Origin: Perkinsela sp. CCAP 1560/9
Lineage: Eukaryota; Protista; Euglenozoa: Kinetoplastea
DNA length: 64,000 nucleotides
Assembly: GCA_965644495.1 (NCBI GenBank)
Contig: CBFFSA010000001.1
Coordinates: 1,302,001 to 1,366,000 of the forward strand
Reading direction: 5' to 3'
Under the pieces are notes generated by a model. That model had not been told where the DNA came from. It ran no database searches and saw only the letters and a program-made list of their open reading frames with translations. Positions 22,700 through 34,500 of this stretch are shown here, one piece after another (within the stretch, counting starts at the first letter, position 1; every line of letters begins with the position of its first letter). Position numbers and translations under genes: made by a program.

Positions 22700-23576
22700 A
22701 TTGCGGTGGTTGTAAAACTACTGCTCTACCCTCGATTATTGAAAACTAAGTGAACAAAAACAGTGAAAATATAAAGAGGAACACAGTAATATAATAGAAG
22801 AAAAAAATATAAAAGGGGGCTCCGGTGGACCAAAACTGAAGAAAAAAATTGAAAAAAATGGGGGGTCCATGGGGGGGGTCCAGGGGGGGATCATGGTCGA
22901 GCAAATTTTTTCGAAAAAATTAGTTTTCGAAAAAAAACCGCAGAAAGGGTAGCCGGGGTCTTGGCGCGCATTTTCCACCCCCCTACCCGGGGGTGACCCC
23001 CACGCGTATCCGCAGGATGGGTCCGCCAAGTTCGGATTTTTTCGGAAAAAAAAATTTGAAAAACATTTCAACTTGCCGAAAAAAATGGCAAAAAAAATAT
23101 TTTTCCAAAATCGTTTCCGGTGTTGTATTTTGAGAGTTTGGGACCTACACTAGCTTTCTCCGCAGTTGTTTTCGCAAGGTATCCATTCTTCGAACCGTGG
23201 TGCGCCAAAAATGACCCATTTTTGACTAAAAACGGTGAAAAAGTATTTTTCGGACCTAAAGGGGCATTTTTGTGTCGAAAGAATGGTATGGTTGGAGTCG
23301 CATTCTCTACCCAATACTTTCGGTAGGCTTCCATTCATGCCTACGAGTGATTTCCCACGCACAAATGTCGGATTTAGTTCTCTGAGAGCAAAAATACGCG
23401 AAAATGACCCCATTTTTACCCGAAATTCGGCTATTTTTGGCTATAATCTTTCCGTTTTCCAGGCTAAATTTTCTTTTTTAGGCTCTTCGTTAAACGCGTC
23501 GGTAGTTTTCAACGCGAAGCGCGCAGCATGAGTGGCTTCTGAGTTGAAAACAACCACCGCGTTTAACGAAGAGACT
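22700..23576 (+). mobile_element. Family A element, full length
   Basis: ATTGCGGTGGTTGTA start, terminal palindrome. Confidence 0.8.
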
Positions 23577-23914
23577 AAAAAAGAAATTATTAAGTTGGCA
23601 AGTTATTATTGAGTTGCAACAACTTAATATTGTGCCGTCCCCCGGTTTAATTAATGTTATTCTTAATTAAAGTTTCACCGGTAATCCGTCCCGTAATAAC
23701 ACCACGCACTGTATTCGAATGCTCCGTTTGGGTTGTTTCGTTGAACGTGAATCGATTGACTTTTCCAACAAAGAATGTCCCGTAGATACAGGTACTGCTC
23801 TTTGGCTTGTGCCTTTTCTAGTTCGCTGAGTTTTAAGACATTTTGAGGTATTATTTTGCTCTGATTTTCTCTTTCCATTGCCGTGCAATATGTCCCCGTA
23901 GTACTTTATGGCTA

Positions 23915-24223
23915 CCGTATACCCCCCCAGTAAGAGAATAGGTTTTGGGTCGAAATGGCCAAATCTCTCTTACTGGGGGGATATGCTTTTTTGGCCAGTT
24001 ACCTCTTTTCTCCCAACTTTTTTGTCTATTTTTTTCATTTTTTCTTGTGAAAATGTGTTAAAACGCTTACCCCCGAGGCCCCCAACATGCAGACACCCGC
24101 CCCCTATCCCCTATACGCCCCCTGTGGGGCTCCCGAGCCAAATCTCTCTTACTGGGGGTCATCCCAAAAAGGGCCAAATCTCTCTTACTAGTGTGGTATC
24201 TTACTGGGTGGGGGGGTATACGG
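23915..24223. mobile_element. Tc1/mariner-superfamily MITE with CCGTATACCCCC TIR
   Basis: TA|CCGTATACCCCCC...GGGGGGTATACGG|TA; related end at ~1980-2060. Confidence 0.8.
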
Positions 24224-24536
24224 TAGTTCATTTCCTTCCAGCTTGCACGCCTTTTTGTCTAAAGAATCTGCGGTATCGTTGTAAGCATATTTTCATTGTG
24301 TGATTCGACCTTGATACAGTAGAATTTTTTAACCCGGGGGGCGGAAATATATGAGGGGCGGCGTGTTAGATTTGTGAAACACCGCGAAACAGCGCGAAAC
24401 AGCGGGTTGTTTTTTGGTGTTCTAAAGCCGGTTTGTACTCCTATATGCTGAGGAATAGCGTGTATGAGATTGAAAACCTCGATAAAATATCTTTTCTTGA
24501 CACTTCTCTGTTCATACATCTTTCTTTTACCTTTTA

Positions 24537-25416
24537 ATGTACGGAATAACACATCAACAGGTTACTCAAGTCTTTTCTGAATTACAGCAGGTTCACGGCG
24601 CCTATGTAGGAGAAACAGACATGAGGCGTTCGAAATCTTCCCTCTGTATGTGCGCCTTGAATTGCACGTGGGAACAGCTGCATGACTTGCAAGGGATCTG
24701 GACAAGCCCAGATCACCCGCCAGTCTCTATTTGTACACTACGTAAAGATTTCACCCGTACTGCAAGACTGCTTTCCTTCCCCAAACTAATGAATCCGAAT
24801 TTGCGGTTTCGCCACGGTGTTCCATGGCTTTCTGATGTGATATGTATCATGGATGTCACGACGATTCCTTGCCGCAGGACCAACACTGTACGCAGGACCA
24901 ACACTGTACGCAGGACCAACACTGTTTGGGATAGCAAGCGGGGGGAGTACGTACAAAGAGATGAAACGTACTCTGGAAAACATCAAGAGCATTGTTTTAA
25001 AATTGAGTTTTGGATGACATTGGCGGGAGTTCCTTCCTTTTTTCGAGGACCCGTGAATGGTAGCATATATGATTCCAAGATTTATAGTAGCACTACGACA
25101 CACAAAACTCCACTTTTCGATCATCACAAGGATGAAATGTTTCCCGGAGATCTTGGTTATATCGGTTGCAACCACTGCTTCGGACCTTCAATCTGGTATA
25201 GATCCTCAATATGATGACCCTCAATATGATGTAGATAACTCCGTTGTTAAGTCATTGCGAAAGATAGATGAATCCACTATGTGTTGGTGTAGTCGGGGGT
25301 GTGGTGTAGTGGAGCCGATAAGGTTGCGTCGTAATTTTCTAAAACAACACATTTGTGATGTTCCGTACGACCCAAAGAAACCAGGCAAAGGTAAGAAGGA
25401 TAAGTTTTCAGAATAG
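24537..25416 (+). pseudogene. DDE_Tnp_4 (IS5/ISL2EU/Harbinger-like) transposase remnant
   Basis: CIMDVTTIP, YSGKH..HCFK, GSIYDS, GDLGYIG; 18-bp triplication (RRTNTV)x3; catalytic-E region deleted. Confidence 0.8.
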
Positions 25417-25615
25417 AAATACGAAAGCATTCCATATTTTTTAATTCAAAACGAATACACGCAGGTATCGATACAAATACTTTCTTATACGCTTATATGC
25501 ATGTGCTTCATGAATAGAGCCACGTATTTCTCCTAGAGCCACGTATTGTGTCACGTATAGAGCCAGTTATTGTGCAGGGGGGGCACAATAACCCGGAACA
25601 GGGTTTATTATATTA

Positions 25616-26207
25616 CAGTGGTCGTCACTATTCTCAGAATCCGTAGTTGAACATTGACAGGAATTCTTCATTCTCTCTCATTTTCGCGACCATTCTCATT
25701 TTCGCGTTGATTTTGCCGTTGAACGTTGACAAGAAATAGAACAGAAGTAGAAAAAAAATCAATATAAAGTCATGCTGGGAGAGCGGTGGCTATTACGAAA
25801 AATTGGGCAACTGGGTAGGAAACAAGAAGTATGGCTCCGCACGCAGCCCGACGAAGGAACTAAATTTCCCACAGTACCGAATTCCTTGCAGGATTCAATA
25901 GACGTTGAAGACTTCATTTAAGTGAGTGACTCAGAATCTGAAGTTGCAGAGGGAGAAGCCGCAGTAGAAGGCATTTTACACTTACAAATTAATTAAAGTT
26001 CTGATGCTAATTTTTTTTAAACCATAATGCCTAGACGCTGAGATTCCGATTCCGGCTGGCGCTGCAGAGCCCTCCGTGTCTTCTTCTTCACTTTCGATAC
26101 ATTCTCATTTTCAAGGGGCTTTTTGAGTTGAACGTTGACACGATCATTTGTCATTTTTCAGAGGGTCATTCTCATTTTCGTGACTCTCAGATTGGTGACG
26201 ACCACTG
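25616..26207. mobile_element. Tc1-type MITE
   Basis: TA|CAGTGGTCGTCAC...GTGACGACCACTG|TA; contains a SINE/LINE 3' tail fragment at ~26055-26089. Confidence 0.8.
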
Positions 26208-26510
26208 TACTTTATTCCTCTCTATATTTTCACTGTTTTTGTTCACTTTTTATTTCAATAATCGAGGATAGAGCGGTAGTTACATAACCACTGCAATTAA
26301 CAAATATACTGTGGCTGAAGTTAGAGCAATTTGTGAATTGTGTATGACACAAAAGGTCGCAAGTGTTGTGAGCTACTGGAACAGCGCACAAAGCAAAAAA
26401 CCTAAAAGTGCGGTCTTTCGTTTTCTGGAAAACGAAAAATTGAATAACAACGTCAAACCTCGAGGGAGGCCTGGAAGATATTTTTTTTATGTTTCAATGC
26501 ACGAAAAATT

Positions 26511-27864
26511 GGTCAGATTAACCCAATATTGCACACTTTCGAAAAAAAATGTATTTTGAAATTTTCGATGAAAGCAAATGCCTAACACAAAATTATCTCT
26601 GAAAAGAAGTATTGTATGTCCTCAAATATTCTTTTTCGGGGGTATTTTTGATACTTTTTTAACGAACCGTTCCACTTTTCGGCTATAACACGCAGGCGTG
26701 CCTCTCGAGAGTCCTCATTTCTTCCCAGACTCCCCCCTCGGATGTCAATCGCTTTTTAAGCATAGAATTTGCCCCTTCCACCGTGTTAGTATGAACCCCG
26801 TCTTCTGTCACCCGTTCATCCCGATGGATCACTTGTTTCAATCGATAATGTTCGGCGAAGCCTGGAGCATTGTGTCCCGCCCCATCCGTCCATATCCTGG
26901 TTCGTGGCCGCGAGCCATCTCAGCCACAAGCGGAATCAAAGTTTCTCCTTTTTTATCCGAGACAGGCGTGGTAAAAATTTCTTTTAGCTTACCATCCCTG
27001 GAGGTTTCGCATAGAGTTTGTGCAATGTCGCTTCCTGCCTGACGGACTCTACGATTACGGTTAGTCCCTCCTACTTTAATCTTGGAAAAAAACGTTTCGT
27101 CCACTTGCATAAAGTCAAGGGTTCCCTCCGCCTCTTGTCTTCGATATTGGTGAGCCCACGACATGATGTGGTCCAACATCTGACGAAACCTGCACGTCGC
27201 TTGTTCAGAGAGCCCGCACTCTTCGGCTACATCCTTTTCTTTCATTGAGCTTGAATACCCAATGAGGCTTAGGATAACTTGTGTGGGGGTGAGTCGACAT
27301 TTAGAGGAGAGAAGAGGAGACTCCAGCGCGTAGCGGGCGCGACAAGTACGCACGGGACATACCCATCGCCCCCCTCCCCCCTTGATAACACATGTCCTCG
27401 TTCACATGTGGCCTAGGATAACTTGTGTGGGGGTGAGTCGACATTTAGAGGAGAGAAGAGGAGACTCCAGCGCGTAGCGGGCGCGACAAGTACGCACGGG
27501 ACATACCCATCGCTCCCCTCCCCCCTTGATAACACGCGTGGTTTGTTAATGTCCTCGTTTACATTTCACGGTTTGACCTATTAGTTTGTGCCCCCTGAGC
27601 CATAAAATGCAGTCACCTGCATCCCAGGAGCCAACTTTGCTTATGACCATGCTCTGAGCACAAGAAATATCCGGGCATCTTGCGCAAACCGGAGTAAAAT
27701 TTTCGTAAGTCGTGCGGAAATGGCTGTTGTAAGATAAAAATGAACAAAAATATGCTAAAAAAGGATGTCTAATGTTTTTACGAGACGAAAAGAAAAATTG
27801 GAAAAGTGTTAAAAAATTGAGGAAAAAAAAAATATTTTTTGTGCAATATTGGGTTAATTCCACC
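26511..27864 (-). mobile_element. Merlin/IS1595 element with a disrupted transposase
   Basis: TIR GGT..ATTAACCCAATATTGCAC; degenerate 8-bp TSD GAAAAATT/GAAACCTT; MQVDETFF and HTNTVEG motifs; ~120-bp internal duplication. Confidence 0.85.
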
Positions 27865-28049
27865 GAAACCTTTGGCCCCAATAATTTTGATCCACAGTAA
27901 TTTTGGTCCGCAAACATTGGTCCGACTTCTTCTTCGAGCTCGAAGGGCCAAATTAAAAAAAATGTCTAATTTTTTGCTAGACCGGTAGGTATGAATATTA
28001 TACTGATCTCGGATTATGGTTTTGTTTTTATTAGACCACCCCAGCTACA

Positions 28050-30452
28050 ATGACAAATTCTCTTATCCTTCCAGGCGCAGCTCATTTGCACCATTCAGAC
28101 GTATATTCCCCTAGTATTGATAATTCTGTATCGCATGTGGTACCGACGTCTTCCATAGAAGAAAATGAAATATTCGAGTCTGTTTCTTCTCCGAAAAGAA
28201 GAAAAAGGAGATCGAATTCAAAAGAGCAGTCAAAATTCGTACAAAACGTGGAATTCACGAACGCAACTCACGATTCCTCGTGTGCAGAGTTACCGCACGA
28301 CAGTTGCAACGATCAGAAAAACACTTTATCTACTGCTCATCCATTACTCACTGTAACATCGCTTACAATAGAACACCTTCGGGAAAAACTTAAAACGTAT
28401 TTTCGATTTGATGATTTTCTACCGGGACAGCTGGAGGTAGTTCAATCTGTTCTACATGGTCGCTCTGTGATTGCATTGTTGCCCACGGGTTCGGGAAAGT
28501 CATTATGTTATCAACTTCCAGTGGCCATCCTTCGAGAGCACCATCCTTCGTGTTTCTGCTTAGTGATTTCTCCTCTAGTTTCGTTGATGCATGACCAAGT
28601 TGGTCATCTCCCTGCTTCTATTCCTGGTGTAGTGCTGACAGGTTCGCGAAAAACGGAAAATGTTTTTAATAACATACGCTCGAGAAAGTGTGCCGTAGTA
28701 TTTACTTCACCGGAACGCTTTTCGACCGATCAAATATTTCTTCAGGGACTGCTTCAGATTCGCGAGTTATGCGCCTTTGTTTGTGTTGATGAGGCTCATT
28801 GTATTAGCCAGTGGGGTTACGAGTTTCGCCCTAGCTATTTGGGCTTGTGTTCACGTATCCAAGAAATTTTGACGGCTACAAAGCCTATATTGGCAACGAC
28901 GGCCACTGCTACTTGCCGAGTGACGCAAGACCTGCAACGTATGTTGAAGCCGTGCTCAGTGGTTTCTCAGCTCTCACTACGCACCAATTTACTTTTACAT
29001 TCTCACCTATTGGATACTTCCGCATACGGCTCTGTTTTCGTGGAAAATTCGTTTCTATTCCAAAAAAGGCTTGATTTGCTGCTTTCGATTCTTCAAAGCG
29101 TTAATTCGTCAGAATCCATAATTATATATGTATCAACACAGCGACTGTCGGAAGAGGTAGCGACATTTTTGGCGAAGCAGCACACTTTTCTGGCTCGATG
29201 TTATCATGCGGGTATGTCGCGCAAAAATCGTATGGAATGTCAATCATCGTTTCTTAAGAATGATACACAAATCGTCGTGGCCACCGTAGCGTTCGGTATG
29301 GGTATTCACAAACCGGACGTTCGGGCCGTAATTCACTTTTACATGCCCTCTTCCATAGAGGAATATATTCAAGAAATCGGACGCGCTGGGCGTGACGGTA
29401 AGATTTCACACTGTCATGTTATTATAGATCGTGCAACCTATGCCAATCATCTCAGGCGCTTTATTGCCCCTGCTTTGGATTGTCCGCATGCCGAGGCACT
29501 TTGCGTACGATTGATGAAACCCTCCCATCAGAGGAGCAAAGTTCAATATCCTTTTGAAGCCGCACTTGATGTTTCTGATCTCTCTGTTGTAGCGGACGTG
29601 GATGAATCCCACGTCATGGGAATATGTTATATCTTATATCGCATGTTGCCCTCTGCTCTACGAATTGGTCCCTGTCGTGCTTCACTTGCGACACTTTGCG
29701 CTCGTCGCAGCCAATCCTTCCGTAAATCTATTCTGTCATCCGCGTGTACAAAGGATATAGGGGTTAGTTCAATTCTTAATCAACTAGCTATTCCCGATTA
29801 TTTCTTATCCTATATGCAAGAACTCGAAGGCGCTCTTCAAACTGGGGCCGCTCAACAAATTGATCTCTATCATGCTTGCTGTGTTACCCAACTGCAGTAC
29901 GACAATTTATCCGAGCGATTGCGGCAGTACGCAAAAGAACGAAATCTTTACGTACGATTTTACCGTCCACTACCTAGTGTAGTTCTCTCAAATGATGTTC
30001 AAGTTGATACACTAAGCTTTCTATCTCGTAATCTCGTTCGTGCGCTTTCTGATCGTAGAGCTTTGGATTTCACACGATTAGATAAACTTTACCGAATATT
30101 GCTTTCGCTTTTCTTGAATCAAGATTCTGAAAAATCTCACGAGTCTTTGAGTCATTACATGAGTTCTCTTCGCCCAAGTTGTTCTGGCGAAGATGATATT
30201 TCCGATAATTATATGTACATGCTTAACTCCCAAACAATCAGCAATGAGAATGAATCGTGTGTACGTTCTTTGGTAAAAAGTGCAAAGGAGTTGACCCTTT
30301 CTCCTATTCAATATTGTAAAGTTCTTTACGGCATTTCGACTCCTTCAATACATAGAGGTATCGGCTGTTTGGCTCCGTACTGGTGTAGGCTTTCCCATCT
30401 TGCCTTTGATTCGGTCTTAACATTGGTACAGGAAGTGGTTAATGCTTGCTAA
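28050..30452 (+). CDS. RECQL4: RecQ-family DNA helicase, RecQL4-like
   Basis: LPTGSGKSLCYQ, VDEAHCISQW..FRPSY, TATAT, YHAGM, ATVAFGMGI, QEIGRAGRDG..SHCH; C-terminal LYGISTP...YW...HLAF resembles RecQL4. Confidence 0.85.
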   Translation: MTNSLILPGAAHLHHSDVYSPSIDNSVSHVVPTSSIEENEIFESVSSPKRRKRRSNSKEQSKFVQNVEFTNATHDSSCAELPHDSCNDQKNTLSTAHPLLTVTSLTIEHLREKLKTYFRFDDFLPGQLEVVQSVLHGRSVIALLPTGSGKSLCYQLPVAILREHHPSCFCLVISPLVSLMHDQVGHLPASIPGVVLTGSRKTENVFNNIRSRKCAVVFTSPERFSTDQIFLQGLLQIRELCAFVCVDEAHCISQWGYEFRPSYLGLCSRIQEILTATKPILATTATATCRVTQDLQRMLKPCSVVSQLSLRTNLLLHSHLLDTSAYGSVFVENSFLFQKRLDLLLSILQSVNSSESIIIYVSTQRLSEEVATFLAKQHTFLARCYHAGMSRKNRMECQSSFLKNDTQIVVATVAFGMGIHKPDVRAVIHFYMPSSIEEYIQEIGRAGRDGKISHCHVIIDRATYANHLRRFIAPALDCPHAEALCVRLMKPSHQRSKVQYPFEAALDVSDLSVVADVDESHVMGICYILYRMLPSALRIGPCRASLATLCARRSQSFRKSILSSACTKDIGVSSILNQLAIPDYFLSYMQELEGALQTGAAQQIDLYHACCVTQLQYDNLSERLRQYAKERNLYVRFYRPLPSVVLSNDVQVDTLSFLSRNLVRALSDRRALDFTRLDKLYRILLSLFLNQDSEKSHESLSHYMSSLRPSCSGEDDISDNYMYMLNSQTISNENESCVRSLVKSAKELTLSPIQYCKVLYGISTPSIHRGIGCLAPYWCRLSHLAFDSVLTLVQEVVNAC

Positions 30453-30455
30453 TTA

Positions 30456-31434
30456 CAGGGGGGAAAAAAGGTTATCGCAACAAAGTCGAAGCAACAAAAG
30501 TTGTGTCAACAAAAGTCGTGTTAATGCGAAAAAGGTGGTGAGGAACAAAAGTATGTTAAAAAATAGATTTTGTTTTCTTTTTTTAAAAAATGGATGCATA
30601 TTTGCTCACCCCCCTTGAAGCGAAGGTCTTGGGCGACCTAAATTCCATAGAGACCCCAAAGCAGTACAGTGCGGAACATTATTACGGGATACCTTAATTA
30701 AGGGAGACCCCCTTTTTGGTCAAAAGTGTCCCGTAATTAAGTGTCCCTTAGCTTTGACCTGTGAGATGATCTGTGAAATGTAGTGAGTGATTGTACTAAA
30801 GGTTCTGTTGTTATATTTTTTGTTATTTTTATACACTGCTTATTTGGGCATGTAAAACTGTTTTGCGGAGAATACGCCGGCCTAGCCTGATCCTACACAC
30901 TTCGTTCCAGGAAGTGGGAGCGAAACTCACTCCAAGACCCAAGTGTCCCTTAATTAAGTGTCCCGTAATTGAGTTGTCCCGTAATTGAGTTGTCCCGTAA
31001 TTAGCGTGTCCCGTAATAAAATCCCGCACTGTACCCTTCTTTCCTAGAGGAAAAGTTCATGATGACACATCTTAAAACGGTCACCTTTGATAGTCCGAGC
31101 GGCTAAAGAGCGCGAGTTCCGCTACAAAATGTCACTCGATTGATTGGTAATTGTCTTTTGTAAATTGTAATATATATTTTTGGAATCTTCTGTACATGGA
31201 CCCGTGCTCTAATAAATATTTTATTGCGTTTGAAGTTTCCAATTTTCTTTGTAAAATGAGTGACTAAATGAAACTGTTCTTCAATGGGCGTGTTTTTCTA
31301 ACAAACAATAAGAATTGGTAAAGTTTGGTAAAAAAGTGAACATATGTTGTCGCAACATAAGATGTGTCAACATAAGTCGTGCTAATCTCAGAAATTAACA
31401 CGACTTTTGTTGACATAACTTAATTTCCCCCCTG
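30456..31434. mobile_element. Tc1/mariner-type MITE just after the RecQ stop codon
   Basis: TA|CAGGGGGGAAA...TTTCCCCCCTG|TA, subterminal CAACAAAAGTCG repeats. Confidence 0.8.
30667..31031. mobile_element. Nested Tc1-type MITE
   Basis: TA|CAGTGCGG...CCGCACTG|TA, GTCCCGTAATT repeats; a related left end is at 35808. Confidence 0.8.
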
Positions 31435-31545
31435 TAGCTACTTTAAACTAAAATATACAGAGTAGTTTAGAATTGTCTTTGATCTTGCTAGCTCGGAGAG
31501 AACTTCGTGCAGGGAGATACAGTGTACACAGTTATTAGACTAATA

Positions 31546-31975
31546 ATTGCGGTGGTTGTATAACTACCGCTCTACCCTCGATTATTGAAAAAGAAAGTGA
31601 GCAAAAACAGTGAAAATATAAAGAGGAACACAGTAATATAATAGAAGAACAAAATATAAAAGGGGCTCCGGTGGTCCAAAAATTTTCAAAAAAAATCGAA
31701 CCCTTGGGGAGTCCAGGGGGGGGCATACCGCACGAATTTTTTTTGAAAAAATTACTTTTCGAAACAAAATAGCAGAAGGGGTAGCCGGGGTCTTGGCGCG
31801 CATTTTCCACCCCCCTACCCGGAGGTGACCCCCCCTCGTATCCGCAGGACGGATCTGTCAAGTTCGGATTTTTTCGGAAACTTTTTTTTGAAACGCGGTG
31901 GTAGTTTTCAATGCGAAGCGCGCAGCATGAGTGACTTCTAAGTTGAAAACAACCACCGCGTTTAACGAAGAGCCT
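31546..31975 (+). mobile_element. Family A element, internally deleted
   Basis: Both termini present, middle missing. Confidence 0.75.
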
Positions 31976-32049
31976 TTTAAACCAACTATACAGGTATTAT
32001 TCGCATTTTTTTTATTATTCGCAATACACTTATTATTCGCAAATACACC

Positions 32050-32918
32050 ATTGCGGTGGTTGTAAAACTACCGCTCTACCCTCGATTATTGAAAACTAAG
32101 TGAACAAAAACAGTGAAAATATAAAGAGGAACACAGTAATATAATAGAAGAAAAAAATATAAAAGGGGGCTCCGGTGGACCAAAACTGAAAAAAAAAATT
32201 GAAAAAAATGGGGGGTCCAGGGGGGGGGGTCCAGGGGGGGATCATGGTCGAGCAAATTTTTTCGAAAAAATTAGTTTTCGAAAAAAAACCGCAGAAAGGG
32301 TAGCCGGGGTCTTGGCGCGCATTTTCCACCCCCCTACCCGGGGGTGACCCCCCTGCGTATCCGCAGGAGGGGTCCGCCGAGTTCGAAATTTTTCGGAAAA
32401 AAAAAGTTCAACTTGGCGGAAAAAATGGTAAAAAAATATTTTTCCAAAATCGTTTCCCCTATTGTATTTTGATAGTTTGGGACCTACACTAGCTTTCTCC
32501 GCAGTTGTTTTCGCAAGGTATCCCTTCTTCGAACCGTGGTGCGCCCCTCAAAATGACCCATTTTTGACTAAAAAAGGTGAAAAGGTATTTTTCGGAGCTA
32601 AAGGGGCATTTTTGTGTCGAAAGAATGGTATGGTTGGAGTCGCACTCTCTACCCAATACGTTCAGTAGGCTTCCATTCATGCCTACTAGTGATTTCCCAC
32701 GCGCAAATGTCGGATTTAGTGCTCTGACAGCAAAAATACGCGAAAATCACCCAATTTTTACCCGAAATTCGGCTATTTTTAGCTATAATCTTCCCGTTTT
32801 CCAGGCTAAATTTTCTTTTTTAGGCTCCTCGTTAAACGCGTCGGTAGTTTTCAACGCGAAGCGCGCAGCATGAGTGACTTCTAAGTTGAAAACAACCACC
32901 GCGTTTAACGAAGAGCCT
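32050..32918 (+). mobile_element. Family A element, full length
   Basis: ATTGCGGTGGTTGTA to GAAGAGCCT. Confidence 0.8.
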
Positions 32919-33540
32919 AAAATTATTCGCATTTTTTTGTATTTTTTATTTCTTTTTCCTTTTGCATATCTGAGGGGCTACGGGTGAAACCTCGTGAAAC
33001 CTCCCCACCCGCAGCCACTCATCTGAATGAGTGTTCGAAATTTATAGGAGCTGCAGCGCGAAACCCATGCCGACATTTTATTAGGATTTTATTAGGATTT
33101 ATTATATAGGATGGTGCAGAGAGTGTGTAGGGAGCGAGTACCCTGTAATGGGGTGTCTCCCCTGAGGGTGCGGGGCAGGGGGGGCATTCGATGAAAATTC
33201 ATCGAACGGGCAGTGCGTTCTGTCAGCGAAGCCCAAGTCTGCAATCAACGCCCCCGTCTGCGAGCAAGGCCCAACTGTCAGCGAAGCCCACTTCTGGAGG
33301 CAAAAGTCCCCGTTTGCGAGCAAGGCCCAACTGTGAGCGTATAAGGGTTTCGTATATTCATACTCACTGATGCTGCAGCATGTGGTGCTAAAAAAAACTT
33401 GAAGACCCCAGCAGATTACTAAATTTCGAGATCAGAGATTTTTGGATAAGTCATCCCTTTGAGCAGTTTTTTCGATACGTACGCTACTTATCAAAAAAAT
33501 TTTGGACCAAAAATGACAGATAACTAAGGGGGGGTCACGG

Positions 33541-33587
33541 TATCTCTATTTCTTTTTATTTTTACGCTTTGCTTTTTTTATTTTAAG
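33541..33587 (+). promoter_or_regulatory. Polypyrimidine tract plus AG, putative trans-splice acceptor
   Basis: T-rich tract ending in AG 10 nt before the ATG at 33598. Confidence 0.5.
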
Positions 33588-33597
33588 CCCTTATAAA

Positions 33598-34500
33598 ATG
33601 ATTCCTGGAAGAACACCTGTCCGACTTCCCACATGGGATTACCTGACCCTTGACACTCCGTGGATACGAAAGAACAAATGGATGACAATACCTCTTACCT
33701 GCGGCATCCCTTGCGTCATTTCTTATCAAGAAATCAAATTTCCGTTTCCTAGTCCGTATAGTAGAATTACGCCTCGCCAAAAGCATCCGCTCAGCATGTT
33801 ATTTGAGCCATTTCGCGCTTTGCTCAACCGTTCGGAGGTACCACATCTCAAAATTGAAGCTGAACTTTGTTGGACCGCGTTAGATTCTACATTCTCTTTA
33901 GCGCAATGTACTCATGCGCTTTTTTCGGAAACTCCTAACCACACGACAGAACATATCCTACGCAACATGCGACTGCATCTGCTTGATATCCTTCCCTCCT
34001 CTCTACATCATCGTTGTCCTATACACGTGTCCTGTTCGACTCCTATAGAGGATAGAGCCAAGGGTCTGTGGTGGTTGTTATTTGGTAAAAAGCGTTTCGA
34101 AAATATTTACTGTGCACAGTATACCTCTACTATATTGAACGAAGAGGTTGCCTCATTGTTTCACCGAAACACGCGGGGGATACCTGGACCTCACGGGAGT
34201 ACTGGTGTTGTGTTTAACGCAGCCCGCTTTGTCGCTGCTCGGAGTACATTTACCTCTGACCGTCCCGTCTTTCAATTCAGCCCTAGGTTAGTGCAAGAAT
34301 CTGTGCAGGTTACAAAGAATGATACTCCTTATCTCGTAAAGTGTCAGACACAACATGGTACTCATTTTGACTTACTCCGTGTTCATAATCATGAAGGTAA
34401 TCTAGTCTCTGGTGTCTCGGTACCTGTACTACACTTCGGTTACTGTGGTTTCGACGGAAGGCCCCATCAAGCCATATCGAATTATGAGCTACATGGATAA
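33598..34500 (+). CDS. Hypothetical host protein, 300 aa
   Basis: Long ATG ORF in single-copy sequence on the host-gene strand; no motif recognised. Confidence 0.65.
   Translation: MIPGRTPVRLPTWDYLTLDTPWIRKNKWMTIPLTCGIPCVISYQEIKFPFPSPYSRITPRQKHPLSMLFEPFRALLNRSEVPHLKIEAELCWTALDSTFSLAQCTHALFSETPNHTTEHILRNMRLHLLDILPSSLHHRCPIHVSCSTPIEDRAKGLWWLLFGKKRFENIYCAQYTSTILNEEVASLFHRNTRGIPGPHGSTGVVFNAARFVAARSTFTSDRPVFQFSPRLVQESVQVTKNDTPYLVKCQTQHGTHFDLLRVHNHEGNLVSGVSVPVLHFGYCGFDGRPHQAISNYELHG

Noticed and set aside
33015-33075. Hammerhead ribozyme (CTGAATGAG...CGAAA)
   Set aside because: The core deviates from CUGANGA and stems II/III cannot be built
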